Source of the DNA: Octopus vulgaris
Lineage: Eukaryota
NCBI GenBank assembly: GCA_951406725.2
Contig: OX597822.1
Location: 52,328,001 to 52,392,000 of the forward strand
Direction: 5' to 3'
DNA length: 64,000 nucleotides
The notes below the pieces were generated by a model. The model was not told the origin of the DNA, ran no database searches, and saw only the letters and a program-made list of their open reading frames with translations. Shown one piece after another: positions 1 to 15,158 of this stretch. How positions within the stretch are numbered: position 1 is the first letter of the stretch; each line of letters opens with the position of its first letter. A program made the translations under genes and the position numbers.

Positions 1-720
1 GGAGAACTTTTCAAGTGTATTGGCGAAAAAACTGTGTTCAGACTACCCGATGTCGTCTGAAAAAGATCAGTAAACCAGTAACATCAGTTAAAAGGCCTCC
101 TTTAAGCAAAATACACATACAAAATCGTCTGAACTGGGCAGAAGATAACATGAAGGTCGTCTTTGCAAATGTTTTGTTTACTGACGAAACATGTTCTATT
201 CTTGATGGACCTGATGCTTGGTGCAAGGGATGGGTTGTAAATGGATGAGATCGTCATCAACGCTTGAGACACCAACAAAACGGAGGAGACATCATGATTT
301 GGGTAGGTATTATTGGAAGCATTATGGTTGATCCTTGGAAAGTGCCTGACGATGTTTAAATGGCTTCGGGTGCATACACAACCTTTCCGAGGGAGCACCT
401 TGAACCTTGGTTCAAAAAGCAAAGGGTCACTTTCACGGCAACCATAACTCAGCGATGAAAACTACAAAGTGTCTGCAACAATTAGGCTTCTGTAGACTGT
501 GGAAGATGAAGTGGCCTGCCTGTTCCCACAACTTAAACCCAATAGAAAACTAGTAGAGTATTCTAAAGCGACGAGTTCACGAGAATGGACGCCAATTTAG
601 GAGTAAGGATGAACTGTGACGAGCAATAGTGGATGTATCCCGTGGTATAACATCAGAGGAGATCCAGAAATTAGCATGTTCCGTGGACCAGCACATTTTC
701 CAACTTATTTCAAACAAACT
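1..720 (+). mobile_element. Decayed Tc1-like DDE transposase fragment, truncated by the window start
   Basis: Translated segments RLNWA..VLFTDE, GGDIMIWVGI and WPACSHNLNPIEN (cf. Tc1 WPxxSPDLNPIEN), broken by stops and frameshifts. Confidence 0.85.
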
Positions 721-1090
721 CTCATATGTCTTTTACTAACCAGCACACCTATCATTTTTGAACATTGTTTACTTGGTTATTTCTATTTTTTCCTTGTTTA
801 TGACTCTGTGTGTTTATCTCAGTATGTACATCTGGCAATCAAATTGATATTTTCTTATTTACATGAGTTTTAGTTACACCACGCTATTAATTTGAAACAG
901 TGAAATTCTACATTAGTTTGGTAAATGGCTGTAGTTTCTTTGTTGCTTTACAGAACCTCACGTCTTTAAACATCATCCGCATATAACTGTTGCCATTATT
1001 CTGTGAAAATTTTGTTGAAATCCATCGAGTAGATTTTGAATAAATAAAAATGTTATGTTGTTAATAATTTGAAACAAAATGAGTGTGTGT

Positions 1091-1152
<62 letters not shown>

Positions 1153-3684
1153 TGTCCAAGTCTCTTCCTGAGAGAATAAGTCAAGAGTCAAACAGAATTA
1201 TCAGTACAGGAAGAATAAATTGTGACAAATACAGAGTTAAGTTAGCACGTGAGAAGTAGAACTGGAATCGCTTAATGTTTCGGAGTTAGCTCTTCATTAG
1301 GAAAGAAAAGAGGAGAGAAATAGTGTGCATTGCGAAAAAAGTAAACAATTTGTTTCTCCGTTGTTCCTTTACGTTTAAACTCGCTCCCTTGCTTCTTAGG
1401 AAGCTTTATCTTCAGTTTTAATTCCCATTATGTCTTCTCTCTCTTTCTCTCTCTTCATACTAAGAGATATTCTTCCACTTACCCTTCTACCAGTTTTTCT
1501 CTTCCATGCACTGGTAATTCAGTACGCTCTATTCTCCGTCTCTTTCTGTTACTGCGTGCCATTCTCCTTTTCTCCATATCTTCTATTCCGAAAAGACGAA
1601 CCTTTACTTCCTTCTGCGAAGACGCACCTCTGAATGAAATATCAGAAGCTTCTCCTTATTCAGGCAGACAAATTTTATCAATTTTATTTCTACACAATAC
1701 ATATATATATATATATACATAAATGCCTACATAAATATAAATATATATATACGTATGTATGAATGTATGTATGCGAAATACATTTACAAGGAAAAGATTT
1801 AGTGTCAACCACTTTCTTGTAAAAGTTAATGAATATGAAGACTACGGAAACGCATTGAGTTAACCTTCAATTCAATGTTAAAGTGTTTATACATATATGA
1901 GTGTGTGCGCATACATATATATACATATATACATATATATCACATATATACATACATACACACTATACACATACTTACATTTAAATATTCGCATATACAC
2001 ACACATACATCATCATGCTTTTCGACTGACTGGTAATTAAGTTTAGGCAAGAAATGTAACATTATCTATATGATTATCTCTGAAATTTGATGTCTTATCT
2101 ACGGCATTTAACCTTACAATGATAGGAAAGTAAAGATTAATTAGAGACCAATTAAAAGAGCAATTATCCTCAATTATTGAAGAAATATATAACTTCAGTA
2201 ATGCGCTGACATTGTTGTGTACAGAATTAAAATTATAGTCATGTGGATTGTTCAAGAATATCTAACGGTTATATTTTGACTGGACCTAATTATACCCTGG
2301 AACTATGGTTCTCAGAACGAGAGTCCAATAGCCTCTTTATATGAAATGTTATCGATCCTTAGTGTATCCATCGGTCTACTAGTCAAATATTGGCTTCAAA
2401 TTTTGACACAAGGCCAGTAAGTTCAAGAGAAAGAGTAAACCGAATACATCGACCCCAGTGCTCAGCTAGTGCTAATTTTATTGACTTGAAAAATATTAAA
2501 GGTAATGTTTAACCTCGGCAGGATTTGAACTGAGAACATAAGGACGGACGGAATGCCGCTAAACATTTCGACCGGCATATTAAAGATTCTGCCTTCTCGC
2601 CGCTTTATGTTGATCAAATACTGACGAACGGTTTTGTTTTCTTTAATGATAAGGTTTATAATTCTGTACATAAATAATTTATGTTATGTCAATAATGAAG
2701 AAGGAAATATCTATCTTACAATTCTTGTGGTAAAATTAATTCATACCTTAGACCTGAATTATTTTGTGCACCCACCCTCATCTCTTCAGATGCTCCGTTT
2801 CTTATATAGATAACTACCACTCTTATAATTAGTGCTATTCTCATAACTCAGATGTACGAGTGTCATTTCCTCGTTGGCATCCTGTATATCTCAAGTCACA
2901 TTTTAAAGAAACGAAATATAACCTACTCTTCTTCTAGAAAAATATGCAACAAAACTGTAATAAAACCAAAAAAAAAGCTTCTCGCGAAATATTTTCAATC
3001 AACAAAACTTTGAATATATTCTCTTTTGGTTATCTGTACATCTGCTTTCTACATCACAACTACAATTCTATAAAACTGATCTTTAAACTTGTATTTATAA
3101 TCCATCAACAGATCGGGACTATTTTATATTTTTATCGTTAGAGCCATCTGTTATGTGTTACAGAAACGAACTTCTCTGATATTTTGGACAGATGTAGATC
3201 ATATACTTTAACACTGACATAACCAATACATATTATTCTCGATATATTAATCTATTACTCTAGAAATGTCTCTGTTTGCTGCATTGAGATATTGACTGGA
3301 GACAGTCTGGCTTCTTGTGTTTCCGAAGTAGAACACTCAATGTGTGAAGTGACGTCTCAGACTGTCATAGCAATGCTTACGCCACTAACAGAGGAAATAT
3401 TTCCAAAGCATGTTATAAATGTCGTATTCTTGCAAATACAAATAATGAGATTTCAGTACTTCATCATGGCTACAGTCGAAAAGCTCGAATAGGTAATGGA
3501 GAAAAATAAATAAATATATTATCTTGAACTTAAATTCACTTGCAACAGATATACATTAACAAAGACAGAATGTCTAAGACGTAAAAACGAAGTCATATAC
3601 GCAAGTGAATGGTTGTTTTCAACATAAATATTCTTATACATATACACCCAAACACATATAGATATATAAGCATATAGGTTTCTA

Positions 3685-3766
<82 letters not shown>

Positions 3767-4126
3767 TGTGTCTGTGTGCGTATGTGTGTTGTAGATGGAT
3801 GGGTGGATAAACTACTGTCTATTCACAGGGTTTCTATTAACGCCTTTGGGCGGTCATCTATCTGGCAGGGGGTAAGATTGTTAAAGAACAGAATATTGTA
3901 ATAAAAGAGGGGTATCTCTCGTTCCCTCGAACATATTTCGATACTTATTCTTTCTTTTACCTCCATGAAAAATAACCAAATAGTGAACCACTGAACATTT
4001 CTTGTAAGCTATACGACGCTGTCGGTTTTTCGTAGAATTTAGCAGATTCTGCCAAGGGTAAAGACTACTCTAGCCCGTCACTTCCACCAGACAGTTCAGA
4101 AAATGTCACTAGGATAACGTATATCC

Positions 4127-5363
4127 TACGAGGGTCCACTGAAAAGTTCATAGGTTGACTAAAATATTCTCATGGAATGTGACTAAATGAGGTTTATTTT
4201 TCAGCATATTTTCCCTTGTTTCTTCCGGTGTTGCAGTGCTTGGATTCAATTGATGAAGAAGCTTTCATCCAGCCGGTCAAAAGAGCCATCAGCAGCAGAT
4301 ATGACGTCATTATTACAGTAATACTGGTTCCTAGTCAAGTGTTTTTTTGGGGGTTTTTTTAATGTTTGGGAAGTGATAGTTAGATGAGGCCAAATCAGAA
4401 GAGGAAAGGTGATCAACCAGTTTAAAGCCACAGTCACGTACTGCAGCCATTGAAACCAAGGACTTGTGTACTGGAGCATTATCCTGATGAAACAAGACCC
4501 TTTCGTTAATTTTCCTCCGGCCGTTTTATCTTGATAGCCTTTCGTAATTGCCTCAGCAAGCTGGCATAGTACTTTCTATTGATGGTGTAAACCTTTTGAA
4601 GATAAATAAACATAATGCCTTTTGCATCAAAAGAAAACCTGAAGCCATCACCTTCCCTGTAGATGAAACAACCTTGTCTTTCTTTGGGGCAGGTGAGGAG
4701 GAATGTTTCTTTGGGGCAGGTGAGGAGGATGTCTGCCTCAAAGTGATGAAACCAACATCCATCCTAGCTTAAGAAACGTTCAAAGAAACCAGCTGGATGA
4801 AACAATGTCAGATTTTTCCCATGATGTGATCAGCCACGTGCGCTTTTGATCAGGTGTCAGAAGGCGTGGAAACTACCGAGCAGAAACCTACGGCATACCA
4901 AGTTCATTGTGCAAAATACTCTCAACTCTTTCACAGGACATGCTAATAGCATTGACTATTTGATTTATAGTCAATCACTTGTCATCCATCAACACGTGGT
5001 GGCAGCTGAAGGACATCCAGACCTTAGGTCATGTTCAAAACTCTCCCTTCCTCTCCTAAATCCTGCTGCTCAATTTCGCACTGTTGATAAAGCTGGATCG
5101 TCAATCCCTTCTGTGGAAACCATGTCAGCATGAATGATTTGGCGGCTAATGCCTTTTTCTGAAAGTACTTCATAACACCATGATGCCTAATTTGGTCCAT
5201 TTCCAAAAGTCGCTACTAGTTATATTTGAAGCCATCTCTAAACAGTCATATGTTAGTTTACCTAGACAGAAACAAAGCAGTTATTAATAAGAAGGTTTGA
5301 AATTAATGCATGGAAGATTTCACAGCTGTAGCATCACTCCTTCATATTCAGCCCACCCTCATA
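4127..5363 (-). mobile_element. Decayed mariner element
   Basis: Degenerate TIRs (tacgagggtccactgaaaagttc ... ttcatattcagcccaccctcata) with TA ends. Minus-strand remnant MEMDQIRHHGVMKYFQKKALA resembles a mariner N-terminal HTH; many disruptions. Confidence 0.75.
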
Positions 5364-5959
5364 TAAGATCCGCCAAACAAATTGTGGCTTTACTGGCAGT
5401 ATGTAGATGATCCAGGGGAGTAAAAGATCTGAACGAGGGTAAAAGACCTGGACGAAGCAGCCTTCGCATTTCACATTGAGAAAATGTTCAGTGTACACCA
5501 CAAGCTTGGCCAAGTGAGAGATAACTTGAACTTCATTGCTCTGTGTTGTTTCGAAATAGAGTGTTAAAGATATGGTTGTTCCTTTTGTTGTTGTTGTTGC
5601 AATGTAGTTTTGTAGCTTTCTGGTCAATAAAAACTATAGCACGGAAGCTGTTGGTCGAAATATTCTGTGTGTAATCCACAGATTTACTGTAGCCTTTAAA
5701 CTAATGGCTCATTTTGAAATACAATTGTTAATTGACGGTAATTCAGTGACAGTGTCGACGTGTCATATACACTCCACTGTTCTTCTTCTGTGTCTATCAA
5801 TGTTATCGTCATTGTTGATGAGTAGCTCTACGAGAGATTTGATCAAACAGACCATCGGGTGTTTTTGCATAAATATCCAGTGCTACTTGTAGCAAAGTGG
5901 CAAAGTGTATTTAAGGGGTTAATAAAAATTACATATTCTTATTAATCATTTAAATAATA

Positions 5960-6839
5960 TACGAGCGGTACCCAAAAGAAACCTAAATTTTGAAATGTCC
6001 TTTTATTCTATTAGTTTTACATATTTATACTTTTATCGCCTTCAGAGTATTCTCTCTTTGAAGCAATGCATCGGTCCAGACGCATTCTCCGCAGTTCGAA
6101 GCTGTGCTGGAATTCTTGCGAAGTGACGCCTTTTAACGCCTCCGTCATTTTTTTCTTCACCTCTTCCACATCTGCAAATTCTATAGCACCAGCTTTCATC
6201 ACCAGGGGTGATCTTCGAAAAGGGGTCAGGATCAACTTCCAACTGTTCTTTCAGTTCACGACACGCATTCAGTCGTGACTGCTTTTGATCTTCCGTAAGC
6301 AAACGAGGCATAAATTTTGCTGCGGCGCTTTTCATTCGCAATTCCTCGCTCAAAATTCGTTGGCAGGAGCTCCAGGACACACCAATCATACCAGCAAGTT
6401 TGTCACTTGTTCAGTGACGGTCCTCTATGAATCTTCGTAATGTTTTCATTCGTTCGGGAGGTTGATAGCCGCCCTGGATGATCTTGGTCTTCGAGCGACA
6501 AGTGACCATTCTTAAAGCGTGAAAAACTCTCGTCAACTTGTGTTTCGCTCATGCGTCCTTGTAAGCTGTTTGGAGCATGAAAACTGTTTCGGCCGCTGTT
6601 TTCACCATCAGAAAACAGAATTTCACGGAAGCACTCTGTTTTTTCGTTTCAGCCATCGCAAAAATATGACGAACAGGGGAGAAGCACTGCAAAACAAAGA
6701 TGCACCACGTGGCAGTACGACACAAGCTGATGATACCGGTCGGCAGACTGATGCCTGAGCGTCGCATCAAGTGGTTTCTAGCGGTGGAAGCCCGAACTAC
6801 AGTGGGCTTGTCCCATAGAGAACGTTTCCGGTTACTTTT
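5960..6839 (-). mobile_element. Internally deleted mariner element
   Basis: Left end tacgagcggtacccaaaaagaaacc, partial right TIR ttccggttactttt. Minus-strand remnants VKFCFLMVKTAAETVFMLQTAY, AAKFMPRLLT..ITPGDESWCY, then directly the C-terminal FADVEEVKKK..RLDRCIASKREY. Confidence 0.85.
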
Positions 6840-7996
6840 AATATAATCTTTAGAATTACATATAAAATTATATACCATATACAGAGAGATAATTAAACTT
6901 CTGCAGCTAAGCATCAGTTAATGTTTGGACAAAATGCAAAAATAGTGATAACATCATAGCAGATATTTATCTTTGATGCACATGGAAACCGGACAAACAG
7001 AAAGACGATGGAGAGACATACTAGAGATGGACAAACACAGAGAGAGGTGGGTTGCTGCCAAATTATAATAGATGAGAAGTCACATAACCGAAGCTTAGAA
7101 ATCGATTATTCCATATCCTGTCGTCGGTTTCGTGGAGTGGTCAAGACACTTCAATAGCCTAGTCTCACATAGCACTAATTAGATACCATAATGAGGTAAC
7201 TTACCATTTTAAAGAGCGTCGCCGCCGTGTAAAATTGATACGTCGATCGCTATGCTCTAATATCAACTACGAAGTGACTACGAGTAAGAGAGATACATCT
7301 TCAGTTCAATATTGATCTTTGTACTTCAGAAAACAATTAGATAGAATAAATGGAGAAAAAGAAATGGGGAAAAAAATGTCTTAATCATCATGAAGAAAAG
7401 AAAATAACTTTTCCCTCTTCAAAATTTTTATTTTTATTAAAAATTGTTTTTCATTTATCATTTGTTTCAATTGTTTCCATTTAATTATTCATTTTTAATA
7501 CAGCTGTGCTGACCAAGACATGAGTTGGAAGGTGTTTAAATTTCAATAACTGTCTGTTGATTTCGTTAAACTTCAGTACTCGTTGTTGAATTTATTATTT
7601 ATTTGCCTGTGTGTTTGTTTTTATTGGCTGTTTTTTTTCCGGTTCAGAGAACGAAGATATCTTTGAGAAAGAAAGAGAAAGAGAAGGTAGTCCTCTGAGT
7701 CAAGTTAAATGTAATTTAAAATGGCACATTGTAGACACGTGAAGGACATTACGTAATCATGGCTTTGTTAAATTTCTTCTATTGAATTCCTGTGAGTTCA
7801 GCAAATATGTAGTTCATAATATCAACATTATCTTATGATGCTGAATTAATGTAACATTCGTTCTCTGAATGGCGGAATTAAAACTCGGCTGGTACATATT
7901 TTTCCCAACAAGATAATAATAATAGTTTCCAGTAAACTGACGCGTCATCATATTAATGCATGAGCGTATGCATGTGTATGTGTGTGTGTGTGTTTT

Positions 7997-8065
<69 letters not shown>

Positions 8066-8405
8066 TGCGTGAGTATGGACTTATGTGTGTGAGTGCAATG
8101 TTATGTAAATTTAGGTTTTCGATTTTCATGTCTTCAACTAAAACTAACTAAATCTGAATTTAGCAGGAAATCCATTTTATATCTTCATTGCATACGAAAA
8201 TTGATGGCGTTAAAAAACATATACGCAGAAATCTACACACACACACACATATATATATGTGCATATGCGAGTGTATATACATGTGTGTGTACGTTCATAC
8301 GAGTAGATCTGTATGTCGACCTAACATGTACACACACGCACACATATATGCGTATGTCTGTGTATATACGTATATACGTCTACATTTATAAACAGACACA
8401 CACAG

Positions 8406-8441
<36 letters not shown>

Positions 8442-8455
8442 ATATGTATATATAT

Positions 8456-8559
<104 letters not shown>

Positions 8560-9770
8560 ATATATATATATGCTAGTTCATATGAGACATTGTGTTTACG
8601 AAAGTGTTTACGAAAGCCTCTCTAGCGTAAGATGAAAATACTAGTATGAAAACAAAACAAAACCAAATACGCCAAAAATTTAAACTTTTGACTTACATTT
8701 CAATATTTCAGCTTAAAATATTTTCTCGTGATAAAGGCTTTTTGAAAGCCGAAATACTTAAATATAAGATGAAAGTTTAAAGTATTGCATTTAGTTTGTT
8801 TATGTTTACATTTTTTTTAAAATTTCCAGTTGGCTTAGTTCTTATTTTATTATGTTTTCTCAAAATTATGTCACTGTAATACTTTTACTACTAAATCAAG
8901 CTATATTTACTGTTATGACGAACTTATTTATTGTTAGAGAGAAAAAGGCCAAGATCGACAATCAGATAAATTTCCGAAAAGATTATTTGAAACACGGTGT
9001 GAAGTATAACAGTATCAAGAACAGCCACACACATGAACATATTAGTTTGACCTGCTTTGAAATTCTTTCACTTCTACACACAATTTTATTATAAAGAAGC
9101 GTCTGTGAAATCCTTCTAGACTGCGACATCACTTCATCCATGAATATAATCTCAAATCTCGAATTCAAAGTTTATCTGTTTGCGGAACTTCTCAATAATA
9201 CTGCAATTATCCATTGCTGTCACAATCATATACATAAAAAAGAATATCACACACAAATTCACAAATTCTTTTGAACTCAAAGTCTAGGCATTGTTGCAAG
9301 TTTGCAGAATCGTTAGTGCGTTTGGCTAAATGCTAAACGGCATTTCTTCCGGCTCTTTATATTCTGAGTTCAAACTTCGCCGACGTCTACGGCTAACCCC
9401 TCCCATTAAAATCGCTGCCCGGGTGCCAAAATTTGAAACCATTACGACACCGATTCTTCCTATCACTATCAATTCTACAAGCACAAACACGAATTCTCAT
9501 GCCAGCACCACAGATTCGTAGTCTGCCGATGATATTCAACAACAAACATTTGAAGGTGAAAGTTCAGCTGTCATCTGATAAGCAATCAACACAAAAGTTC
9601 GATGGCCAACTAAGAAAAAAAATAATATAACAATTTTTCAAATTTTGTTACAAAGCCAGTAATTTTCAGGTGAGTAGTCTTGTCGATGACATTATACTCA
9701 GCTGGTGCTTTTTTGTCGAGCACAGGAGCCGATATAATAGAGAAGCATCCTCCACACCTGAAGAATTAAA

Positions 9771-10180
9771 AGCGGGTCGCTGGCAGAAACGTTAGAACGC
9801 CGGGCGAAATGCGTAGCCGTATTTCGTCTGCCGTTACGTTCTGAGTTCAAATTCTGCCGACGTCGACTTTGCCTTTCGTCCTTTCGGGGTCGATTAAATA
9901 AGTACCACTTAAGCACCGAGGTCGATATAATCGACTTAATCGTTTGTCTGTCCTTGTTTGTCCCTTCTGTGTTTAGCCCCTTGTGGGAAGTAAAAAAATA
10001 GAAATAGGTATTTCGTCTGCCGTTACGTTCTGTGTTCAAATTCCGCCGAGGTCGACTTTGCCTTTCATTCTTTCGGGATCGATAAATTAAGTACCAGTTA
10101 CGCACTGGGGTCGATGTAATCGACTTAATATCCTTGTTTGCCCCATCTATGTTTAGCCCCTTGTGGGCAATAAAGAAATA
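9771..10180 (+). mobile_element. tRNA-derived SINE family A, tandem dimer
   Basis: Head ctggcagaaacgttag, B-box-like gagttcaaattc, body gtcgactttgcctttcatcctttcggggtcgat, tail tttagccccttgtggg..aaagaaata. The second unit lacks the head. Confidence 0.85.
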
Positions 10181-10673
10181 AGAATCGATAGCACGTCGGG
10201 CAAAATTCTTAGCGGTATTTCTTCTGGCTTTACTTTCTGAGTTCAAATTCTGCCGAGGCCGACTTTGCTTTTTATCCTTTCGGAGGTCGATAAGATAAGT
10301 ACCAGTTGATATCTCGGATCGATGTAATCGACTTCACCCTCCCACCATATTTCAAGCTTTGTACTTATAGGAGAAATAATATAAGGATAATTCTTTCTAA
10401 TTTTGGCACAAAGCCTATAATTGTGAGGGAATGTAGCGTGTTGATTCCATTGACCCCAGTACATCACTGGCACGTTATTTTAACGAAATCGAAAGCGTGA
10501 AAAGTAACGATGACCTCCGTGGTATTCGAACTCCACTCAGAATATAAAGCGCTGGAAGAAATACTGTTAAACATGTTTCTCGACATGCTGACGATTCTTC
10601 CTGCTTGTTGCCTTAATAATAATAATATTAATAATAATAATAATCCAAGTCTCTTATTTAAAGTTAATTTATT

Positions 10674-10733
<60 letters not shown>

Positions 10734-11441
10734 CCAAGTCTCTCATATAAAGTTAATTTCCTCCCTACTAATCACCGATATAGTGCTTTCATCTCTTTTT
10801 AATTAAACAGTAAAAGAAGACGGCGGAGGAGGAGATAAAGGCAGTTTAATTAGATTTAAGTACTGGCATAAATTCTAATAATTTTGGGGTGATTAAAAGT
10901 GAAGTAAAACCCTCCGCTTTAATAGAATTCAAAACGTTGAAGATTTGGGTTAAATACTCCCAAAGTATTTAACCAAGTAATATATAAAATTCGCTACTTC
11001 TCCATGTTTGATGCACTACAAGAGCCTTAATAATAATTCTTCCTGCTATAGATGCAAAGCCTGGAGTTGCGTGAGAAAGGACGAGTTGACTACATGGATC
11101 CAGTGCTCAACTAGTACTTATTTTATCGACCCCGAAGGACAACAGGATCGATACAAGAAACGATATTTTCTATAATAAGATTGACGACTGGAGGAGTAAG
11201 TGCAGAATATTAAAGAGAATCAACCTCTCAGCAAGGGGCCTATAATTTAGTTTGCTAATGATGCCGTAGTGTTGACGCAGCTGTGGAAGTATGGATTTGA
11301 AATATCCTTGTTCCTGTAAATATATCTAAGGGTTTTTGATAGGAGCCAGAAAACTTGAAACAAAAGCCTTCTCTGATAGAGGACAATACACTTGGTTTCC
11401 GTGTATATGTATCTGTGTGAGTCTATATATACTGGTGGAAA

Positions 11442-11830
11442 GGAGGCACAATGGCCTGGTAGTTAGGGCAGCGGACTCGCGGTCGTAGGATCGCGGTTTC
11501 GATTCCCAGACCGAGTGTTGTAAGTGTTTATTGAGCGAAAACACCTAAAAGCTCCACGAGGCTCCGGCAGGGCGGGTGGGGTGGCGGCCCCTGCTGTACT
11601 CTTTCATCATAACTTTCACTCACTCTTTCTTCCTATTTCTGTGGTACCTGTATTTAAAAGGGCCAACCTTGTCGCACTGTGTCACGCTGAATATCCCCGA
11701 GAACTACGTTAATGGTACACGTGTCCGTGGAATGCTCAGCCACTTACACGTTAATTTCATGAGCTGGCTGTTCTATTGATCGGATCAACTGGAACCCTCG
11801 TCGTCGTAACCGACGGAGTGCCAATAACAC
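11442..11830 (+). mobile_element. tRNA-derived SINE family B with TSD
   Basis: tRNA-like head (tggcctggtagttaggg..ggtttcgattccc). 11-bp TSD actggtggaaa at 11431-11441 and 11831-11841. Confidence 0.85.
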
Positions 11831-12736
11831 ACTGGTGGAAAACTATGCGTGACGTTGCGTTCATTTACGTCAAAGGGTAATTTAATCGTTTTAAAAATCA
11901 AAACGTTAAATATATAGCAGATTAAAATAAAGCCTGCTGTCGATATGATCCTCTGAAACTCTTAAGAACAATACTATAGCATAGTCGCAACCAGTTACTG
12001 TAACTAGTAATAGAAAATAGTTTGCATTTCCCATAAAATAACAAATTTTAATGAAGACAAAAAAAAAGACAGTAGATTTGAAGGAAGGGGTTAGTCGTTA
12101 CCATTGAATCCAGTACTAGACTGGTACTTTATTTTATCGAACCTGGAGGTATGAAAGTGGAAGCTGACTGATGGGGGGGGGTTAAAACTCAATATATGTG
12201 AAAAAAATGCTGAACGAAATACCATAAGGGAAATTCATTGAGGATCAGCAGTATATATATGACCTCAATAGACGTCATTGATTGGTTAAAATTGCCGAAA
12301 TACAAGAAATTTAACAACAAATAGCTTACAAACTACAGAATTTTCTCAAGAATGTCAAGAGAAAAATATGTTTTATGTGACACATTCTACCAGTATACGA
12401 AGTTTAAAAGTGTTTAGTTACAAAATTTATTTTTAAATCTGCCGGTCAAAGTGAAAAGATCCTTCTTTGATGATACTAGAACGATTGTGCCACCTCGCCG
12501 CCAGTTTTTTAAAGTAATTTTGTTTTCATTCACTCCATGCATTCAATTGTACCGTTATCATACTACTACCACCACCAGTAAATGTATCCTGTTTAAAACG
12601 AGAAACAAATATTTGAGCAAAAGGAAAATATTTTTGTTTATGGTTCTTAAGTTTTTGCGCACTCCTACCATCAAACCACCACCACCCGGGAGAGCGGACT
12701 ACAAAATCTATTGTATAGCACTTTTGTTTGTGTGTG

Positions 12737-12795
<59 letters not shown>

Positions 12796-13272
12796 ACGCA
12801 TGTGTGTGTGTGCGTGTATGTGTGTGTGTGTGCGTGTGTGTGTGTGATGGCTTCATCAGCTGCTTGATTTATTTATCTCAGAAACCGTTGAACTCGGAAT
12901 GTCGATGTTTTGCTCATCATCCCGACCTTTGATCAACATATTTTGTTTTCGACTTTTATAAAGTTTTATTTTCGTTTAGTTATGTTGAATGTAAATACTT
13001 CAAATTTTGGCACATCGACTTCAGTACACAACTGATGCTTTATTTTTATCAACCCCGAAAAAGATAACAGGCAAAGTTGACCTCGGCGGAATTTTATCTC
13101 AGAAAAGTTGACAGTAACTATGTGGATAGTAAATTTGCGGCGAAATTCAATTCAGCGTGATATGTGTCGGATCAGCTACGAATTCATAGAAAACCGAAAC
13201 CTGTTGTACAAAAATTAAAACGCAACAGTAATATGTTCATGCATTTAAATTAGCAAAACATTCTTAATATTA

Positions 13273-13551
13273 CGATGAACGTCGCCCTTTTCAAGCCGAG
13301 CCAGGCTCATGGGCCCGGTTTCCGGGTTTCTGTGACGTATGTGTTCCCCCCAGCTGGACGGGACTGGAAGAGAGAGTGAGAGAAAGTTGTGGCGAAAGAG
13401 TTAAATAGGGGTCGCCACCACCCCTGCCGGAGCCTCGTGGAGCTTTTAGGTATTTTCGCTCAATAAACACACACAACACCCGGTCTGGGAATCGAAACCG
13501 CGAACCTCCGATCGCGTGTTCGCTGCCATAACCACTGTGCCATTGCGCCTG
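13273..13551 (-). mobile_element. SINE family B with TSD
   Basis: Same head as 11442 on the minus strand. 14-bp TSD cattcttaatatta at 13259-13272 and 13552-13565. Confidence 0.85.
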
Positions 13552-15109
13552 CATTCTTAATATTAATGACTATAATATCTGTAAGGCAAAATATCTTCCA
13601 ATATTGAAAACTGACGTGTTTTTGTGAGTTTCAGTGTTCTCTAGTCACGATGTGGTAGCTTCTGCGAAGTTTTAGTACATACAAAGAGAAAAAAATTTCT
13701 TCTGCATTGTTCGTTTTATTAAAGGGTCATATAGTTCTAATTACGTAATCATGTTACTTCTTAAAAAATTTCTTGTTTATTATGGTTGTGATTGATATTA
13801 TTTCGTTTTCTGAATGGGATCGAGATTTTTTTATTATTATCCGCGTGTTAAAGTGATTAAGTAGAAAAAAAATATTACATGGTGATTGTTGCATTCTTTA
13901 TATATATATATATATAATAAAACTTCCATCAAAAATGTTTAATTACTAATAAGCAAATTCCATTCTTACATTGTGCATGAACGAGTGAGAAGAGAAAATA
14001 TTTTGCTTCTATTCAACATCTGCTTCATACTTTTGGTGGAAAACTAAAATGTTGCAATCCAATGCTATTAAAGTTCTGATTGGAGTGAAATTACTAGAAA
14101 CAGGCACAGAATCTGAAATACGATCACCGTTTGCCAAGAGCTTAATTCAGCTTTCACTGAATTCAAGAACTTTATTTTTGCATCACAAATTAAAAATGGC
14201 AAATGTTGACGTAGATGTCATTTCCAAGAGCATTACCAATGAAAAGGAAATGAAATTGTTCCATCGAGGAATCAAATTATTATGTCTTAATTAAGTTCAG
14301 CGATGAAGTATCAAGTAGCATAGGGGTGAGAGTTAGCAACCAAACCTTATAAACATCTTATGATAAAATGTATGTATAAATATTAAAAAAGAAACAGTAG
14401 GAAGGGAATTTGTAATAATTATGTCCTACCCAAGAATATTGATTTATCATATAGATACATTGCCTCAGATGTGACCAAAGTGTATAGCTGATTAAATTGA
14501 ATCTGGTTTTCAAACAAATAATATATTTTATCAACGCCTGAAGTATGAAAAGGTAAAATCGATTTCGGTGGTATATGAATTCGGGAACTTAAAGGTACCC
14601 AGCACAAGGTCTGTGTAACCCACCACTCTGCCGAATCTGCTCACTCAGTTCTTTTCTTAAGATTCTACCGATATAAATTAAATTATTATAATCTAAGGAA
14701 AATAAATTATTAAACATTTCGCGAAGTTCGTGAATTGTGAGGTCTAGTGAGTTCTAAAATTTCAAAAGGAGTCTTTCCTCGTAATGGTACCATATTAGAG
14801 AAGAAGCGGAATTTTATACTCAGAACGTAGCAACGGGTGAAATATCGCTAAGCATTTCGCCCGGCGTGCTAAAGATTCTGCCACCTCAATAATAATAATA
14901 ATCCTTTCTACTATAGGTACAAGGCCTGAAATTTAGAGAAAGGGCGCTAATCAATGTCATCGACGCCAGTACTCCACTGGTACTTATATTATCAACCCAA
15001 AAAGAAAGAAACACAATCGACCTCAGCTGAATATAAAACGTAAAATCGGAATAGATGCCACTAAGCATTTTGTCCGGCATTCTAACGATTCTTTCAGCTT
15101 GCTACCTTC

Positions 15110-15158
<49 letters not shown>

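Noticed and set aside
3292-3495. Possible plus-strand exon ending in gtaatg
   Set aside because: No recognisable motif, a stop in the most protein-like frame, and no partner exons.
11442-11515. tRNA genes at SINE heads
   Set aside because: They run into SINE bodies flanked by TSDs and lack a complete cloverleaf.
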